Positions 20,197-32,175 of a stretch of 64,000 nt of DNA are shown here, piece after piece. Positions within the stretch are counted from its first letter, which is position 1, and every line of letters begins with the position of its first letter. The position numbers and the translations under genes were made by a program. The notes under the pieces were generated by a model, which was not told the DNA's origin, searched no databases, and saw only the letters and a list, made by a program, of their open reading frames with translations. The stretch spans positions 1,297 through 65,296 of the forward strand of contig CALNCU010000227.1 in the NCBI GenBank assembly GCA_937875395.1. Reading direction: 5' to 3'. The stretch comes from an uncultured Armatimonadetes bacterium. Its GTDB lineage: Bacteria > Armatimonadota > UBA5829 > DTJY01.

Positions 20197-20238
20197 CTTC
20201 GGCAGCGGTGTGCCAAGGCACTCTTCGGCCGAAATATC
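20197..20238. repeat. REP-like element, copy B (subtype 1, diverged 3' arm)
   Basis: cttcggcagcggtgtgccaaggcactcttcggccgaaatatc. First 11 nt identical to copy A; inner stem GTGCC/GGCAC. Confidence 0.55.
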
Positions 20239-20323
20239 ATCAACCATAGTTAAATTGGTGAAGCACTAGATTAGAGAAGCCATCCGTTTCTGTAACAACG
20301 GGTGGCTTTTTGTTTGCCGGCTT

Positions 20324-22645
20324 TTATGACTTTGCCAATTTTTGCTCGCCCTGTGTTCCCTCGTCACGTTTAACAACAAGAAGGGCTATGTCATCCTGTA
20401 TCCTGCCGCCGCAATACCCGCAAACGGCCGAATGCACCACCTGCGCAATCTTCTCCGGTGGATGGATGCGCGCTCTGCTCACCACTTCTGCCAGGCGTTC
20501 CGTCTCAAACGGGCGGCGGTTTCTTCTGGCTTCAATTACGCCGTCCGTATAGCAGATGAGTACGTCGCCGTCATGCAGCGTGCACTCGGCGCTTGGATAT
20601 TCCTTATCCATAAAGATGCCCAGCGGCGGGGCAGGGCCGGCATCGGAGAGCCACCTTATGCTGCCATCTGCATTTGCAACCAGGCCTGGCGGATGACCGG
20701 CATTTGCATATACCAGCCGCCCGGTATCCGGGTCCAGAATGCCAAAGAACATTGTAACAAACCCCAGGTCGCTGCCTATATCTACAAGGGCGTTGTTGGT
20801 TCTTTTAAGGATTACGGATGGGTCTGAATCCTCGTAGGAATAGGCTCTTAAGGTGTATTTGCCCATGGCCGTAAAGACCGCTGCTTCCAACCCCTTCCCG
20901 GAGACATCTGCCGTCACCAGCCCTATCCGTCCGTCCGGCAGGTTTATAATGTCATAAAAATCTCCGCCCAGGTCTGATACCTCAAGCGCTGCAAAGTATG
21001 CGCTGGCCAGACTGAACTTTCCCACGCTCTCCGGTACGGAAGGCAGCATATTCTTTTGAAGTGACTGCCCAATATTCATCCACTTTTCAAAGGCCTCTGC
21101 ATTCTCTATGGCCGCTGCCGCCAGAGATGCCATCTCCGTTGCAGATTCCACGGTGTCCTTGTCCAGATGAAGATTGTTTCCGGGGTTATCCAGGATAGCC
21201 AGGCCTACCGGGTGCTTGCGATATATAAGCGGCAACGCGGCGAATCTTTCCAGGCCAAGGTGCAGGGCAAGTGTTCTTGGCATATGATGGCTGTCGGCAT
21301 TAAAGGTTAATATGGCCGGAGCTTTTGCTTTTTCAAACTGCAGAAGGTAGGATGAATCTATCACCAAGCTGTCAAACTGCTGGCTATCGGCAAGCCCGTA
21401 TCCGGCGGCAAGAACCAGCTTGCATCCCCTTTTAAGCATAATGGCACACCGTTTTACACCGCATTCAGATGCCAGAGCCTTTGCAATTATCTTAAGACGT
21501 TTGTTAAGATCGGCATGCACTATTATCCCCTGCGCCACGGAGTAGAGAGATGAGGCTCTCTCTGCCAGGCGGCGCTCGGCGGACAGGGTTATATGCAAAG
21601 CATCTGTCCTCTCTTTTAAATCCTGGGCCATCTGGTTAAAACTTTGCGCAAGTACCTCCAGCTCGTCACCGGTTTTTACATCTGCACGGGCATCAAAATT
21701 GCCGTTTCCAAACTCTCTGGCAGTCCTTGAAAGACGCCGGACGGGCCGGGCAAGCTTGGCCCCTATGCGGCTTGCAAGGGCTGCGGTAATGCTTGCAGTG
21801 AGGAATACCATGCCAAGCAGTATGCAGATATACCGCCGGTGTATTGAGAACAGGTGCCTCTCCGGAAGCAGGGTCAGCGCCGCCCATTCTGTATTAGGCA
21901 CGGGTATTAAGGAGCCTATTGCAGTAGTGCCGTCCGGCAGCCTGAATTTGCTGCCGCGGGAGGCATGGTGCAAGTCGGAGACGCGGCGAATGCTACCCCA
22001 CGGCGCAGATTTTGCAATTCCCCTTGAAAGGATAGCTTTACCTTCACCATCTATAAACGCAAGGCCGGGTATACCCTCGCTTAGATTCCGGGAGAGCATG
22101 GTATCTATAATATCTTCGCAGGAAACGCCTACAACCACGCCGCAAAGCCTCCCCTTACCGTCCTTTACTGCCGAAGCCACGCAAAAGATGTTTCCGCCGG
22201 GCATGCCGGAATCAACTCCGCAGCCGACTGCTATATCTTCTCCGTCAAATATCCTTTTTGCAAGGTCGTGCATGGTGGATTTCAGCGTTGTTAAGTACGG
22301 GGCATCGGCGGCGACTACTCGTCCGTGTGCATCCAATACCATGCAATGGATAAGCTTTTCGCTCTGTATCACTGCGCCGGATAGATACGCCTTCCCCAGC
22401 TCTCCGCGGCCTGCACCTTTCTGCAGGAGTGTTGCTCCCAGCGCGCGCTCAAGTTCCGCCATATCCATAAGATATGATGAGCACGCGGCGGCTGCTTCCA
22501 AAGCCTTGTTCTGCTGGACTGCAAGCATTCTGTGGCGGTGTTCTTTGTATCTGGAAATTTGAGAGACGATGCTGCATGTGAGCGAAGGTAGTACCACAAT
22601 TATGCATGCCAGCAGCAGCTTGTAACGTAGACTTGAAGTATGCAT
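20324..22645 (-). CDS. sensor-domain/HAMP/GAF-containing PP2C-family serine phosphatase (RsbU/SpoIIE-like)
   Basis: N-terminal TM-flanked extracytoplasmic sensor region, HAMP (RPVRRLSRTAREF...), central GAF-like region, C-terminal SpoIIE/PP2C (SGDFYDII...GLVTADVSGKG...YTDGVIEA). ATG at 22645. Confidence 0.75.
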   Translation of the reverse strand: MHTSSLRYKLLLACIIVVLPSLTCSIVSQISRYKEHRHRMLAVQQNKALEAAAACSSYLMDMAELERALGATLLQKGAGRGELGKAYLSGAVIQSEKLIHCMVLDAHGRVVAADAPYLTTLKSTMHDLAKRIFDGEDIAVGCGVDSGMPGGNIFCVASAVKDGKGRLCGVVVGVSCEDIIDTMLSRNLSEGIPGLAFIDGEGKAILSRGIAKSAPWGSIRRVSDLHHASRGSKFRLPDGTTAIGSLIPVPNTEWAALTLLPERHLFSIHRRYICILLGMVFLTASITAALASRIGAKLARPVRRLSRTAREFGNGNFDARADVKTGDELEVLAQSFNQMAQDLKERTDALHITLSAERRLAERASSLYSVAQGIIVHADLNKRLKIIAKALASECGVKRCAIMLKRGCKLVLAAGYGLADSQQFDSLVIDSSYLLQFEKAKAPAILTFNADSHHMPRTLALHLGLERFAALPLIYRKHPVGLAILDNPGNNLHLDKDTVESATEMASLAAAAIENAEAFEKWMNIGQSLQKNMLPSVPESVGKFSLASAYFAALEVSDLGGDFYDIINLPDGRIGLVTADVSGKGLEAAVFTAMGKYTLRAYSYEDSDPSVILKRTNNALVDIGSDLGFVTMFFGILDPDTGRLVYANAGHPPGLVANADGSIRWLSDAGPAPPLGIFMDKEYPSAECTLHDGDVLICYTDGVIEARRNRRPFETERLAEVVSRARIHPPEKIAQVVHSAVCGYCGGRIQDDIALLVVKRDEGTQGEQKLAKS

Positions 22646-22814
22646 TATTCACCAGAATGCAAAAGTGTTGAAGCTTATGAACTTTGCAGTAAGCCATGTA
22701 TGGATAGGCGGTTGCCAATAGCTATAGTATTATATTACCCATTACTCTATATATTAAACCATTGTTTCCATAAAGGCAGATTGGGCGTATAATAAGCAAA
22801 TAGAAAGGATACAG

Positions 22815-24011
22815 ATGTCTGAACGCAAGAGCAACCGGTTTGGAATAAACCGTACGGTGCTTGTGCTGGGGTTTGTCAGCCTGCTCACGGATATTTCCAG
22901 CGAAGGGATATATCCACTTATACCGCTCTTTCTAACCAATGTGCTGCATACGCAGATACTTGCTGTTGGGCTTATAGAGGGGATAGCAGAGAGTACGGCA
23001 AGCGTGCTGCGAGTGTTCTCCGGGTGGCTCTCCGACAGGCTGGGGAGCCGAAAATGGATTATTGTGGCAGGCTACGGGCTTTCGTCGGTCAGCAAACCGT
23101 TCCTTGCCTGGTCAACCAGCTGGCCGCAGGTCTTTGGGATCAGGTTTGCAGACCGCTTGGGGAAGGGGATTAGAACCGCGCCGCGGGATGCGCTTATAGC
23201 AGATGTGGCTCCACCCCACTCAAGGGGATTAGCCTTTGGTTTCCACCGGGCAATGGATACGCTGGGAGCCGTGGGAGGCCCGCTCATTGCTTTCTGGCTC
23301 CTGAAATCCATGCATTTGGGATACAGGAGCATCTTTCTGCTCTCCGCCGTACCTGCCCTGCTTTCCATAGCCATACTTCTAATCTTTATAAGAGAGCCCG
23401 TTCATCGCGCGCGCATAAACGGCGCCCTTCCATCCTTTAAGTTATCGTCCCTAAGCAGTAGTTTCAAGCGGTTCCTTTTTATCTCCGTGATCTTCTCCCT
23501 TGGCAATTCAAGCGATGCCTTTCTTATACTCAGGGCGCAGAATATTGGTGTTGGGGCAGAGCGTGTGCTTCTTATATATGTGCTCTTTAATAGTGTGGAG
23601 GCGGCGCTTGCCACTTTTGCCGGTGCAGTATCTGATAAGTTTGGAAGAAAAAGGGTAATACTTACGGGTTACATTGTGTTTGCTGCAGTCTATGCCGGGT
23701 TTGGGCTTGCGCAGACTGCCGGGGAGGTGTGGATGCTCTTTGCGCTCTACGGATTGTACAACGCGCTCACCAACGGAGTGCAAAGAGCGTTTGCGGCAGA
23801 TATTATAGCCCCGGAATTCAGAGCCACGGGACTTGGATTATACCATACGCTTACCGGACTTTCGCTGCTCCCGGCAAGCCTACTTGCAGGGTATCTATGG
23901 AAAGCAATAAGTCCATCTGCGCCGTTCTTCTACGGCGCCGGCGCTGCCGTAGCTGCCGCCATACTCCTTGCCGTGCTGCTTAGAAGGCCTTCTACTTATA
24001 CCGGTACGTAA
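22815..24011 (+). CDS. MFS transporter
   Basis: 12 predicted TM segments with MFS-type loop motifs ([22 protein letters not shown]). AAAGGA RBS. Confidence 0.8.
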   Translation: MSERKSNRFGINRTVLVLGFVSLLTDISSEGIYPLIPLFLTNVLHTQILAVGLIEGIAESTASVLRVFSGWLSDRLGSRKWIIVAGYGLSSVSKPFLAWSTSWPQVFGIRFADRLGKGIRTAPRDALIADVAPPHSRGLAFGFHRAMDTLGAVGGPLIAFWLLKSMHLGYRSIFLLSAVPALLSIAILLIFIREPVHRARINGALPSFKLSSLSSSFKRFLFISVIFSLGNSSDAFLILRAQNIGVGAERVLLIYVLFNSVEAALATFAGAVSDKFGRKRVILTGYIVFAAVYAGFGLAQTAGEVWMLFALYGLYNALTNGVQRAFAADIIAPEFRATGLGLYHTLTGLSLLPASLLAGYLWKAISPSAPFFYGAGAAVAAAILLAVLLRRPSTYTGT

Positions 24012-24210
24012 TTCTGCCGCGGGTGAGATCGTAAGGAGAGAGTTCCACCTGCACCCTGTCTCCCGGCAGGATTCTGATAAAGTGCATTCTCATCTTGCCG
24101 GATACGTGGGCAAGCACTTGATGCTCATTTTCAAGGGTTACTCTGAAAACGGCATTTGGAAGCGCCTCATCCACAACCCCTTCTACGCGTATTGCTTCTT
24201 CCTTGGGCAT
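23992..24210 (-). CDS. infA: translation initiation factor IF-1
   Basis: 72-aa S1-like protein ([72 protein letters not shown]). GAGGTGG RBS. The ORF-track N-extension to 24372 was rejected. Confidence 0.9.
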   Translation of the reverse strand: MPKEEAIRVEGVVDEALPNAVFRVTLENEHQVLAHVSGKMRMHFIRILPGDRVQVELSPYDLTRGRITYRYK

Positions 24211-24445
24211 ACCTTTAACCACCTCTGGATAATTATAATCTGGTACTCCGCCAAAAAAGTTATGATGGTTAAGGCCATGGTGCGCCTTGCGGCTTATGTG
24301 CCGAAGCATCAACCCTGTAATTTGGCAAAGTATTAACGGAACCGGTAAGCAATGCCGCCTGCCGGCCCTCAATGGTTAAATGTTCAACAATTAAGCGTAT
24401 ATGTCCTTCTTGGATAAAAAATATAGTAAATTATGCCGCCTGTTG

Positions 24446-24922
24446 CTAAAAACTAAACGAAAGCCCCGCGCCAATCCAAAGCATATCCGGGTCTGACACC
24501 CATTTTATTGGGTTGAACTCTGTGCTCAGGCTGGTAGCTTTAAGGGTTATTGAGACCCCTGCAGAGGACTTTACTATCCCCATGCCAACTTCCAAGCCGC
24601 TAACAAATCCCCTGCTGAACGGAGGATTATCGGCAGTTGGGTCTACATACCCTATGGCAAGCCCCACGGATACGGGCAGAACCCCAAGTGCGTTGGATAG
24701 TCCGGCTGCCTGTATTAATCTGTATGATCCAGTACTTACATATGATATATCCGTTATCTCCGGCCTGCTTGTGATAAGCGAAACTCCCCATCCGCCGCTG
24801 GAGGTTTCAATATCCGCCACCCCAAAGGCGCTTACGCTCTGCCCCGCTGCAGGAGCGGCGCCTGCAAGCAAAAACAACCACAGCACAGGCAGAATCATAG
24901 CTTTTTCAAACAAATGCAACAT
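24446..24922 (-). CDS. small outer-membrane beta-barrel protein (OmpW/OmpA-like porin family)
   Basis: Signal peptide, alternating amphipathic beta-strands, C-terminal ...GLSFSF aromatic terminus typical of OMPs. 158 aa. Confidence 0.55.
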   Translation of the reverse strand: MLHLFEKAMILPVLWLFLLAGAAPAAGQSVSAFGVADIETSSGGWGVSLITSRPEITDISYVSTGSYRLIQAAGLSNALGVLPVSVGLAIGYVDPTADNPPFSRGFVSGLEVGMGIVKSSAGVSITLKATSLSTEFNPIKWVSDPDMLWIGAGLSFSF

Positions 24923-25163
24923 ATCAGCCCTCCTGTCCGTTCATGAAAACGCAAATGCCGTGTGTGCAGATATACCCGGGTATGTGCGGGTATACTGAAT
25001 ATAGGTAATAACTACAATATACAGGTTACCCAACAATGCAGATAAACAATACCGGGAGGCAAGCTAGGCATGGGTTACAAGGCAATAATCTCTGTTGCAG
25101 ATAAAGTCTGCCTTGGGCCTGCCGGATACCTGGAAAAAGGCAGGCATGCAGGGGATTTAAAGA

Positions 25164-26492
25164 TTAGTTATTTGTACGTTCCCTGCCCAGCAGGGTTATA
25201 GTTGAAGGGTCTTTCAAGTACTTTTTGGCAGCCCTAAGCACGTCTTCGCGGGTTACCGCGCGCACCCTGTCTGCGTACAGAAAATCGCTCTGGTAACCCA
25301 GGCCTATTGCCTCAGCCCACCCAAGCGCAAAGGCCCGGTCGCGGGTTCGTTCGTGGCTGAGGGCATGCCGCCCTATAAGGTATCCCTTAGCTCGCATAAG
25401 GTCTGCATCCGTAAAGGCGCCGGAGCGTAATTCTTCCACCTTGCGCAGAATGGTTTCCTTAACGGATTTTACAGTCTGCGGCGTGCATCTTCCGGCATCC
25501 AGCCCAACATAGGCTACCAGATGACTTGCCCACCTGAGCGCCGGGTACAGGCTTCCTACCTGGTAACCTATGCCCTGCCGCTCCCTGAGTTCTGTGAACA
25601 GAAGAGAGCTTTTGTTTCCGCCAAGAAGAACATTTGCCACGCACATGGGCGCATAATCCGGGCCGTCCAACCCGGGCGCGGGATATCCCACCATAACATA
25701 AGATGCCGGTGTAGTTGATTCTATTGATATCTCCCTGGGGGTGTATTTAGGCTGGGTGGGTTGCGCGTGCGTGCGGAACCTTGGCATGCTCCCAAAGCTT
25801 ATGCCTACCTGGCGTTCTACACTGGCCGGGTCTACATCTCCCACAACAGAGATTACTATCCTGTCTGCAGAGAAGTTTCTTTCATAGAAATCCGCTATCT
25901 GGTTGCGGGATATTGCCTGAAGGGCGGAAGGGCTGCCAAGGTAGGAGCGGCCGTAGATTCCTCCGTTATGCAATGCTCCGCGGATGGCGGTGTAGGCTTT
26001 GTTAAACGGGTCTTCCTCCTGCTCCTTTATCTGTTTTAAGATGGACGACCGGGAGTACTCTATTGCCACGGAGTCCAGCCGGGAGTTCTTTATGGAGTCC
26101 GCTATCAAGCTTATGGCCTCTTCGCAGAAGGATGGGAGAGTTACTGCATGCACCTCAAGATAGTTCCACTGCCAGATGGAGTGTATGTTCCCTCCCACGC
26201 CGGATACAAGCCGCGCCAGTTTTATGTTGGAGTGCGTTGTAGTCCCTGCAAGGATAGACCCTGCAAGGAGCTGGCCTATGCCGGCGTTTGCGGGGGTTTC
26301 ATCTGCGGCGCCCGTGCGGATAAAGACCTGTATTGCGGCCACCCGGGAGCCTTCTTCCGGGTGAATAAGCAGGGTTACGCCGTTTGCAAGTATCTGTTTT
26401 GTTACTCCGCCGGTCTCATAGACCGCGCCCGCCCCGGCCTGCAGGGAGAGGAATGTTGCCAATATGCAGATGGTGAGTAATAGCTTTCTCAT
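25164..26492 (-). CDS. M16-family (insulinase-like) peptidase subunit lacking the HxxEH motif (probably non-catalytic partner)
   Basis: Signal peptide, M16 N- and C-domain architecture, but no HxxEH zinc motif. Paired with the upstream active M16 gene. Confidence 0.75.
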   Translation of the reverse strand: MRKLLLTICILATFLSLQAGAGAVYETGGVTKQILANGVTLLIHPEEGSRVAAIQVFIRTGAADETPANAGIGQLLAGSILAGTTTHSNIKLARLVSGVGGNIHSIWQWNYLEVHAVTLPSFCEEAISLIADSIKNSRLDSVAIEYSRSSILKQIKEQEEDPFNKAYTAIRGALHNGGIYGRSYLGSPSALQAISRNQIADFYERNFSADRIVISVVGDVDPASVERQVGISFGSMPRFRTHAQPTQPKYTPREISIESTTPASYVMVGYPAPGLDGPDYAPMCVANVLLGGNKSSLLFTELRERQGIGYQVGSLYPALRWASHLVAYVGLDAGRCTPQTVKSVKETILRKVEELRSGAFTDADLMRAKGYLIGRHALSHERTRDRAFALGWAEAIGLGYQSDFLYADRVRAVTREDVLRAAKKYLKDPSTITLLGRERTNN

Positions 26493-26498
26493 ATCAGC

Positions 26499-27824
26499 CT
26501 ACGGGTTCGCCTTATCCGGTTCCATTATAAGACGTATTTCGCCGCCCTTAAAGTATTTTTTTGCAGACTCTCTTATATCCTCCGCAGAGAGGCTTCGCAC
26601 GGTGGGGGAGTAACGGATGGACATATCAAAAGTCCCCACCATATCGTAAATACCAAGGAGCCTGGCCTGCCCGGAATAGGTCTCCTGGTCAAAAAGGTCT
26701 CCGCCTTCCGCAATTCTTTTTGCGGCCAGAAGCTCCGGTTCAGAGACGGGTTCTTCTGCCAGGCGTTTAAACTCTTTGAGTATCACTTCTGCGGCGGCAT
26801 CAAGACAGCCCGCATCTACTGCGGCAAGTACGGAGATGGTTGACGGATGCTTTTGGGTGATGAAATTTGTAGAAACCCTGCCAAATTGTACGCCCGCCCT
26901 GCCAAGCGCAGATGAAATGCGCCCGCTCTGCGTATCCCCCAGGATGGCGAGCATTACATCCATGGCGCAGGATTCCTTTAAGTCAGATGCGGCAGGGCCC
27001 ATGTATCCAATAACCACGTAAGCCTGCGATGCGGCGGATTTTATGCGGTCCATCCGGGGTTCTGTAACAGGCGGCTCTTTTGGTGTGCTCTCTAACGCAC
27101 AGGTCTTTGGGGACGGCCTTATGCCGGAGAAGGCCTTCTTTACCATCTCCGCCGCCGCCTCTCTGGACACGTCTCCGGCTATAACAACGGTGATGTTTTG
27201 TGGGATATAGTATTTGTTGTAGTAGTCCACCAGGTTGCTGCGGGTAAGCTTTGCCACGCTCTCCCTTGTCCCCGTGAGCGGGAGCCTATAGGGGTGGGCG
27301 GTATATGCCGTGCGCGCAAATGCGTTCATGGCGCATACGGATGGATTGCTCTCTTCCCTTGCAATCTCGTCCAGAACTACGCGGCGCTCCCTTTCAATAT
27401 CGTCCGGAAGGAAGCGCGCCCCGGTTATGGCATCGCCCAGCATGGCAAGGGTGGCCGGAAGGTACTCGCTGGCTACGGTGGTATAAAAATGCACCCAGTC
27501 TTTAGATGTGCCGCCGTTCAACTCTGCGCCCATGCCCTCTATTTCTCGGTCTAACTGTCCTGGGCCTAACTTATCCGTAGATTTAAAGATCATGTGCTCT
27601 ACAAAGTGGGAGACGCCGTTTGTTGCATCCGTCTCGTTCACGCTCCCGGCGCGCACCCATATATCAATCGCGGCAAGGTTTATATCATGCCCTTCGCGGA
27701 CTATTACCTTTATGCCGTTTTCAAGCGTTGTGGCGCAGACGGTATTGGCATCGCCCGCAAGAAGCGGGGAAGCAAATACGGCAAGGGTTAGAATTATGGC
27801 GATTATGCAACTACCTGAACGCAA
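26499..27824 (-). CDS. M16-family zinc metallopeptidase (active subunit)
   Basis: HFVEHMIFK is an HxxEH zinc-binding motif, with a downstream E. Signal peptide. TTG start codon at 27824. Confidence 0.8.
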   Translation of the reverse strand: MRSGSCIIAIILTLAVFASPLLAGDANTVCATTLENGIKVIVREGHDINLAAIDIWVRAGSVNETDATNGVSHFVEHMIFKSTDKLGPGQLDREIEGMGAELNGGTSKDWVHFYTTVASEYLPATLAMLGDAITGARFLPDDIERERRVVLDEIAREESNPSVCAMNAFARTAYTAHPYRLPLTGTRESVAKLTRSNLVDYYNKYYIPQNITVVIAGDVSREAAAEMVKKAFSGIRPSPKTCALESTPKEPPVTEPRMDRIKSAASQAYVVIGYMGPAASDLKESCAMDVMLAILGDTQSGRISSALGRAGVQFGRVSTNFITQKHPSTISVLAAVDAGCLDAAAEVILKEFKRLAEEPVSEPELLAAKRIAEGGDLFDQETYSGQARLLGIYDMVGTFDMSIRYSPTVRSLSAEDIRESAKKYFKGGEIRLIMEPDKANP

Positions 27825-28024
27825 GAGCCGGTATCTCCACTAAGTTGATGCTATATTGTAGCCGATAATTTAAGACTATGCACGTTCCTTGCCTGCCCCA
27901 AGGATATTGGGAAGATATGGGCGGCTTCTGTTTACGCCAAGCGATGCAACTATAATCAGCATGGAGAGGCGCCCGGGATTTACAAGCAGGCCTTAGCATC
28001 CTTTAATAAACGGGCATACATCGG

Positions 28025-28054
28025 TTGACAAAGGCGCCGGGTGCGTGATAGACT
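28025..28054 (+). promoter_or_regulatory. candidate sigma-70 promoter of hpf
   Basis: Perfect TTGACA at 28025-28030, 18-nt spacer, TAGACT. ~85 nt upstream of ATG. Confidence 0.3.
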
Positions 28055-28140
28055 TTAAACGGGTATAACGTTTCCGGTGGGCTCAAGCCTTCACTCCGGC
28101 TTTTTGCCCGCCAAGCAGAAGAAAGGAGCCACGCCGGTCT

Positions 28141-28680
28141 ATGAAAATCACCGTTAAGGGAAAGAACCTGAATGTTACTGATACCCTGAAGCTCTATGCT
28201 GAAAAGAAAGTAGCCAATCTGGGGAAGTATTCTCAGAATATCAGAGAAGCTGTTGTTACCCAGAGCGTTCAAAAGAACCGGCACATTGTAGAGATTCAAC
28301 TTGAGGGAGGCGGTCTTATTCTGCGGGCTGAAGAGAGCTCGGAGAACATGTATGCCTCTATTGATCTGGCCGTAGAAAAGCTTGAGACCCAGCTTAGGCG
28401 TTTCAAGAGCAAGCTGCTTGAACGGTTGCATCCGGAAGCGCCGCCCAAGGAGCTGGCTGCACTGGCAGCCGAAGAGAGCGGCGCCGTTGAAGAATACACG
28501 CCCAGAATAGTCAGAACAAAGAAGTTCCCGCTTAAGCCCATGTCTCAGGAAGAGGCGGCCTGGCAGATGGAACTCTTGAACCACGATTTCTACATATTCT
28601 TAAACGCCGATACAGAAGACGTAAACCTTATATATAAAAGAAAAGACGGAGACTTCGGCCTTATAGAGCCGGAATCATAG
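28141..28680 (+). CDS. hpf: ribosome hibernation-promoting factor (long HPF)
   Basis: MKITVKGKNLNVTDTLKLYAEKK... N-terminal RaiA/HPF domain plus C-terminal dimerisation extension. GAAAGGAG RBS. Confidence 0.85.
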   Translation: MKITVKGKNLNVTDTLKLYAEKKVANLGKYSQNIREAVVTQSVQKNRHIVEIQLEGGGLILRAEESSENMYASIDLAVEKLETQLRRFKSKLLERLHPEAPPKELAALAAEESGAVEEYTPRIVRTKKFPLKPMSQEEAAWQMELLNHDFYIFLNADTEDVNLIYKRKDGDFGLIEPES

Positions 28681-28684
28681 CGCC

Positions 28685-30641
<1,957 letters not shown>

Positions 30642-30699
30642 CAAAAACCTGAAGAGAGGGGCGGGTGTTATTCATCCGTCCCTCTTTTTTATATGAGAG

Positions 30700-31632
30700 A
30701 TGATACCTACAGTTACCCTTAACCCATCACTGGATAGAAGCGTGTATGTAGAAAAGCTTCTTCCGCACGATACCAACCGTATCACCAAGGTTGAAACGGA
30801 TGTCGGCGGAAAGGGCTTAAATGCATCACGTGTCTTAAAGGAACTTGGCTCAGACACCGTATGCCTGGGGTTTGCAGGCGGGGATATTGGCCGGTTTATA
30901 GAGCACACCCTCAACACAAATGGAATCCCTACGGATTTTGTTTGCGTAGAAGGGGAGACGCGGATGAACATAGACATCCAAGAGGCATCCGGCGCTCCCC
31001 CCACGGCACTCAACGAGAGCGGCCCCCAGATTCTGCCGGATGAGCTGAAGAAGCTCTTTGCAAAGGTTAAAAAAACAGTCCGCCAATCCGGCATGATTAT
31101 CTTTGGCGGAAGCCTTCCGCCCGGCATCCCGGAAGATACCTATGCCCGGCTGCTGGCCGTTGCAAAAGAGGCGGGCGCCAAAACAATCCTGGATGCAGAA
31201 GGGGAGCCCATGCGCCTTGGCATGGAGGTGTTACCCTTTATGATAAAACCCAACCGTGATGAAACCCTGCGCCTCACAGGCGTAGATATCCAATCCAACC
31301 AGGATGCGCTGCGCGCGCTTGATATATTTGCCCAAAAAGGCATAGAACTGCCGGTAATATCCATGGGCGCCCGCGGAGCAGTGGCGCGCCTGGGTGGAGA
31401 GGCGTTTCTGGCAATCCCCCCAAAGGTGAAGGTTGTAAGCACCATAGGCTCCGGCGATTCCATGGTTGCCGGTATTGCGCACATCCTAAACCGGGGTGGT
31501 TCCCTTCCAGATGCGCTCAGGTGGGGTTCGGCAGCCGGGGCCGCCACCGCCATGACGGGCGGCACGGAGATAGGCCATAGCAACCAGATACTTGCACTCC
31601 TTGACAAAGTCTCTATAGAACAGATAGCATAA
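30700..31632 (+). CDS. 1-phosphofructokinase / tagatose-6-phosphate kinase family (PfkB)
   Basis: TVTLNPSLDR...GGKGLN...GSGDSMVAG matches the FruK/LacC/PfkB-family pattern. Confidence 0.75.
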   Translation: MIPTVTLNPSLDRSVYVEKLLPHDTNRITKVETDVGGKGLNASRVLKELGSDTVCLGFAGGDIGRFIEHTLNTNGIPTDFVCVEGETRMNIDIQEASGAPPTALNESGPQILPDELKKLFAKVKKTVRQSGMIIFGGSLPPGIPEDTYARLLAVAKEAGAKTILDAEGEPMRLGMEVLPFMIKPNRDETLRLTGVDIQSNQDALRALDIFAQKGIELPVISMGARGAVARLGGEAFLAIPPKVKVVSTIGSGDSMVAGIAHILNRGGSLPDALRWGSAAGAATAMTGGTEIGHSNQILALLDKVSIEQIA

Positions 31633-31663
31633 GATACCTGCAAAAAAGATACGGATAAGGCTT

Positions 31664-31984
31664 ATGGATATTGGGGACTTCAAAAATCTGGTAAAAAAGG
31701 CTTTTGGTGAGAACCTGGATCACGCCACGCCGGAGAATGTTAAGGAGTTTCTAGATAATATGACCGCCTGCGGGTTGGAATCAGCCATTGACGGCCGTGC
31801 GGTGCTGGATGAGGATGCCTCTTTATACGAAGAAATAGTAAAAGATTTCTTCTCCAAAGTGCTGGATATGCCCAAGGAAGATGCGCTTATAGTGCTATGG
31901 CTGCTTGCCTTTGATCTGGTATTTTCTGCCATAGAAGCGCAGCAGGCAGACCGGTTTAAATCAATATTCGGCGATTTTAAATAA
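31664..31984 (+). CDS. hypothetical protein (106 aa)
   Basis: ORF with plausible codon usage between the 1-PFK-family gene and the ECF sigma gene. No motif I recognise. Confidence 0.35.
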   Translation: MDIGDFKNLVKKAFGENLDHATPENVKEFLDNMTACGLESAIDGRAVLDEDASLYEEIVKDFFSKVLDMPKEDALIVLWLLAFDLVFSAIEAQQADRFKSIFGDFK

Positions 31985-32113
31985 ACAACCCCTGCCGGAT
32001 ATTAAAAGACAGGGAACAATCCGCCGGGAATCACCGTAGATGTGGGTGTGGATGGTTTCTTTACCACTGTTTTCCTATCTCTTTAAAAACCTCCACAATA
32101 CTATCCATTAGCA

Positions 32114-32142
32114 ATGAACAATTCTACAATTGATACGTCTAT
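32114..32142 (+). promoter_or_regulatory. candidate ECF-type (sigma-E-like) autoregulated promoter
   Basis: tGAACaa ... cGTCTAta. The 18 nt between AAC and TC match the GGAACTT-N16-TCTGA architecture. ~30 nt upstream of the sigma-gene GTG. Confidence 0.3.
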
Positions 32143-32175
32143 AACACTGGGTGCGCGCCGTGCCCGGGGTAAAGG

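Noticed and set aside
24211-24372. N-terminal extension of infA (ORF 23992-24372, 126 aa)
   Set aside because: IF-1 is a conserved 72-aa protein. The ATG at 24210 with a GAGGTGG RBS gives exactly the canonical length, and the upstream extension has no similarity to anything.
24923-25163. tRNA or small RNA genes in the longer intergenic regions (13370-13571, 24211-24445, 24923-25163, 27825-28140, 44673-44992)
   Set aside because: No cloverleaf-compatible sequence (GTTC-type T-loop, CCA-proximal acceptor pairing) or recognisable ncRNA motif was seen. These regions look like promoter and terminator spacers.
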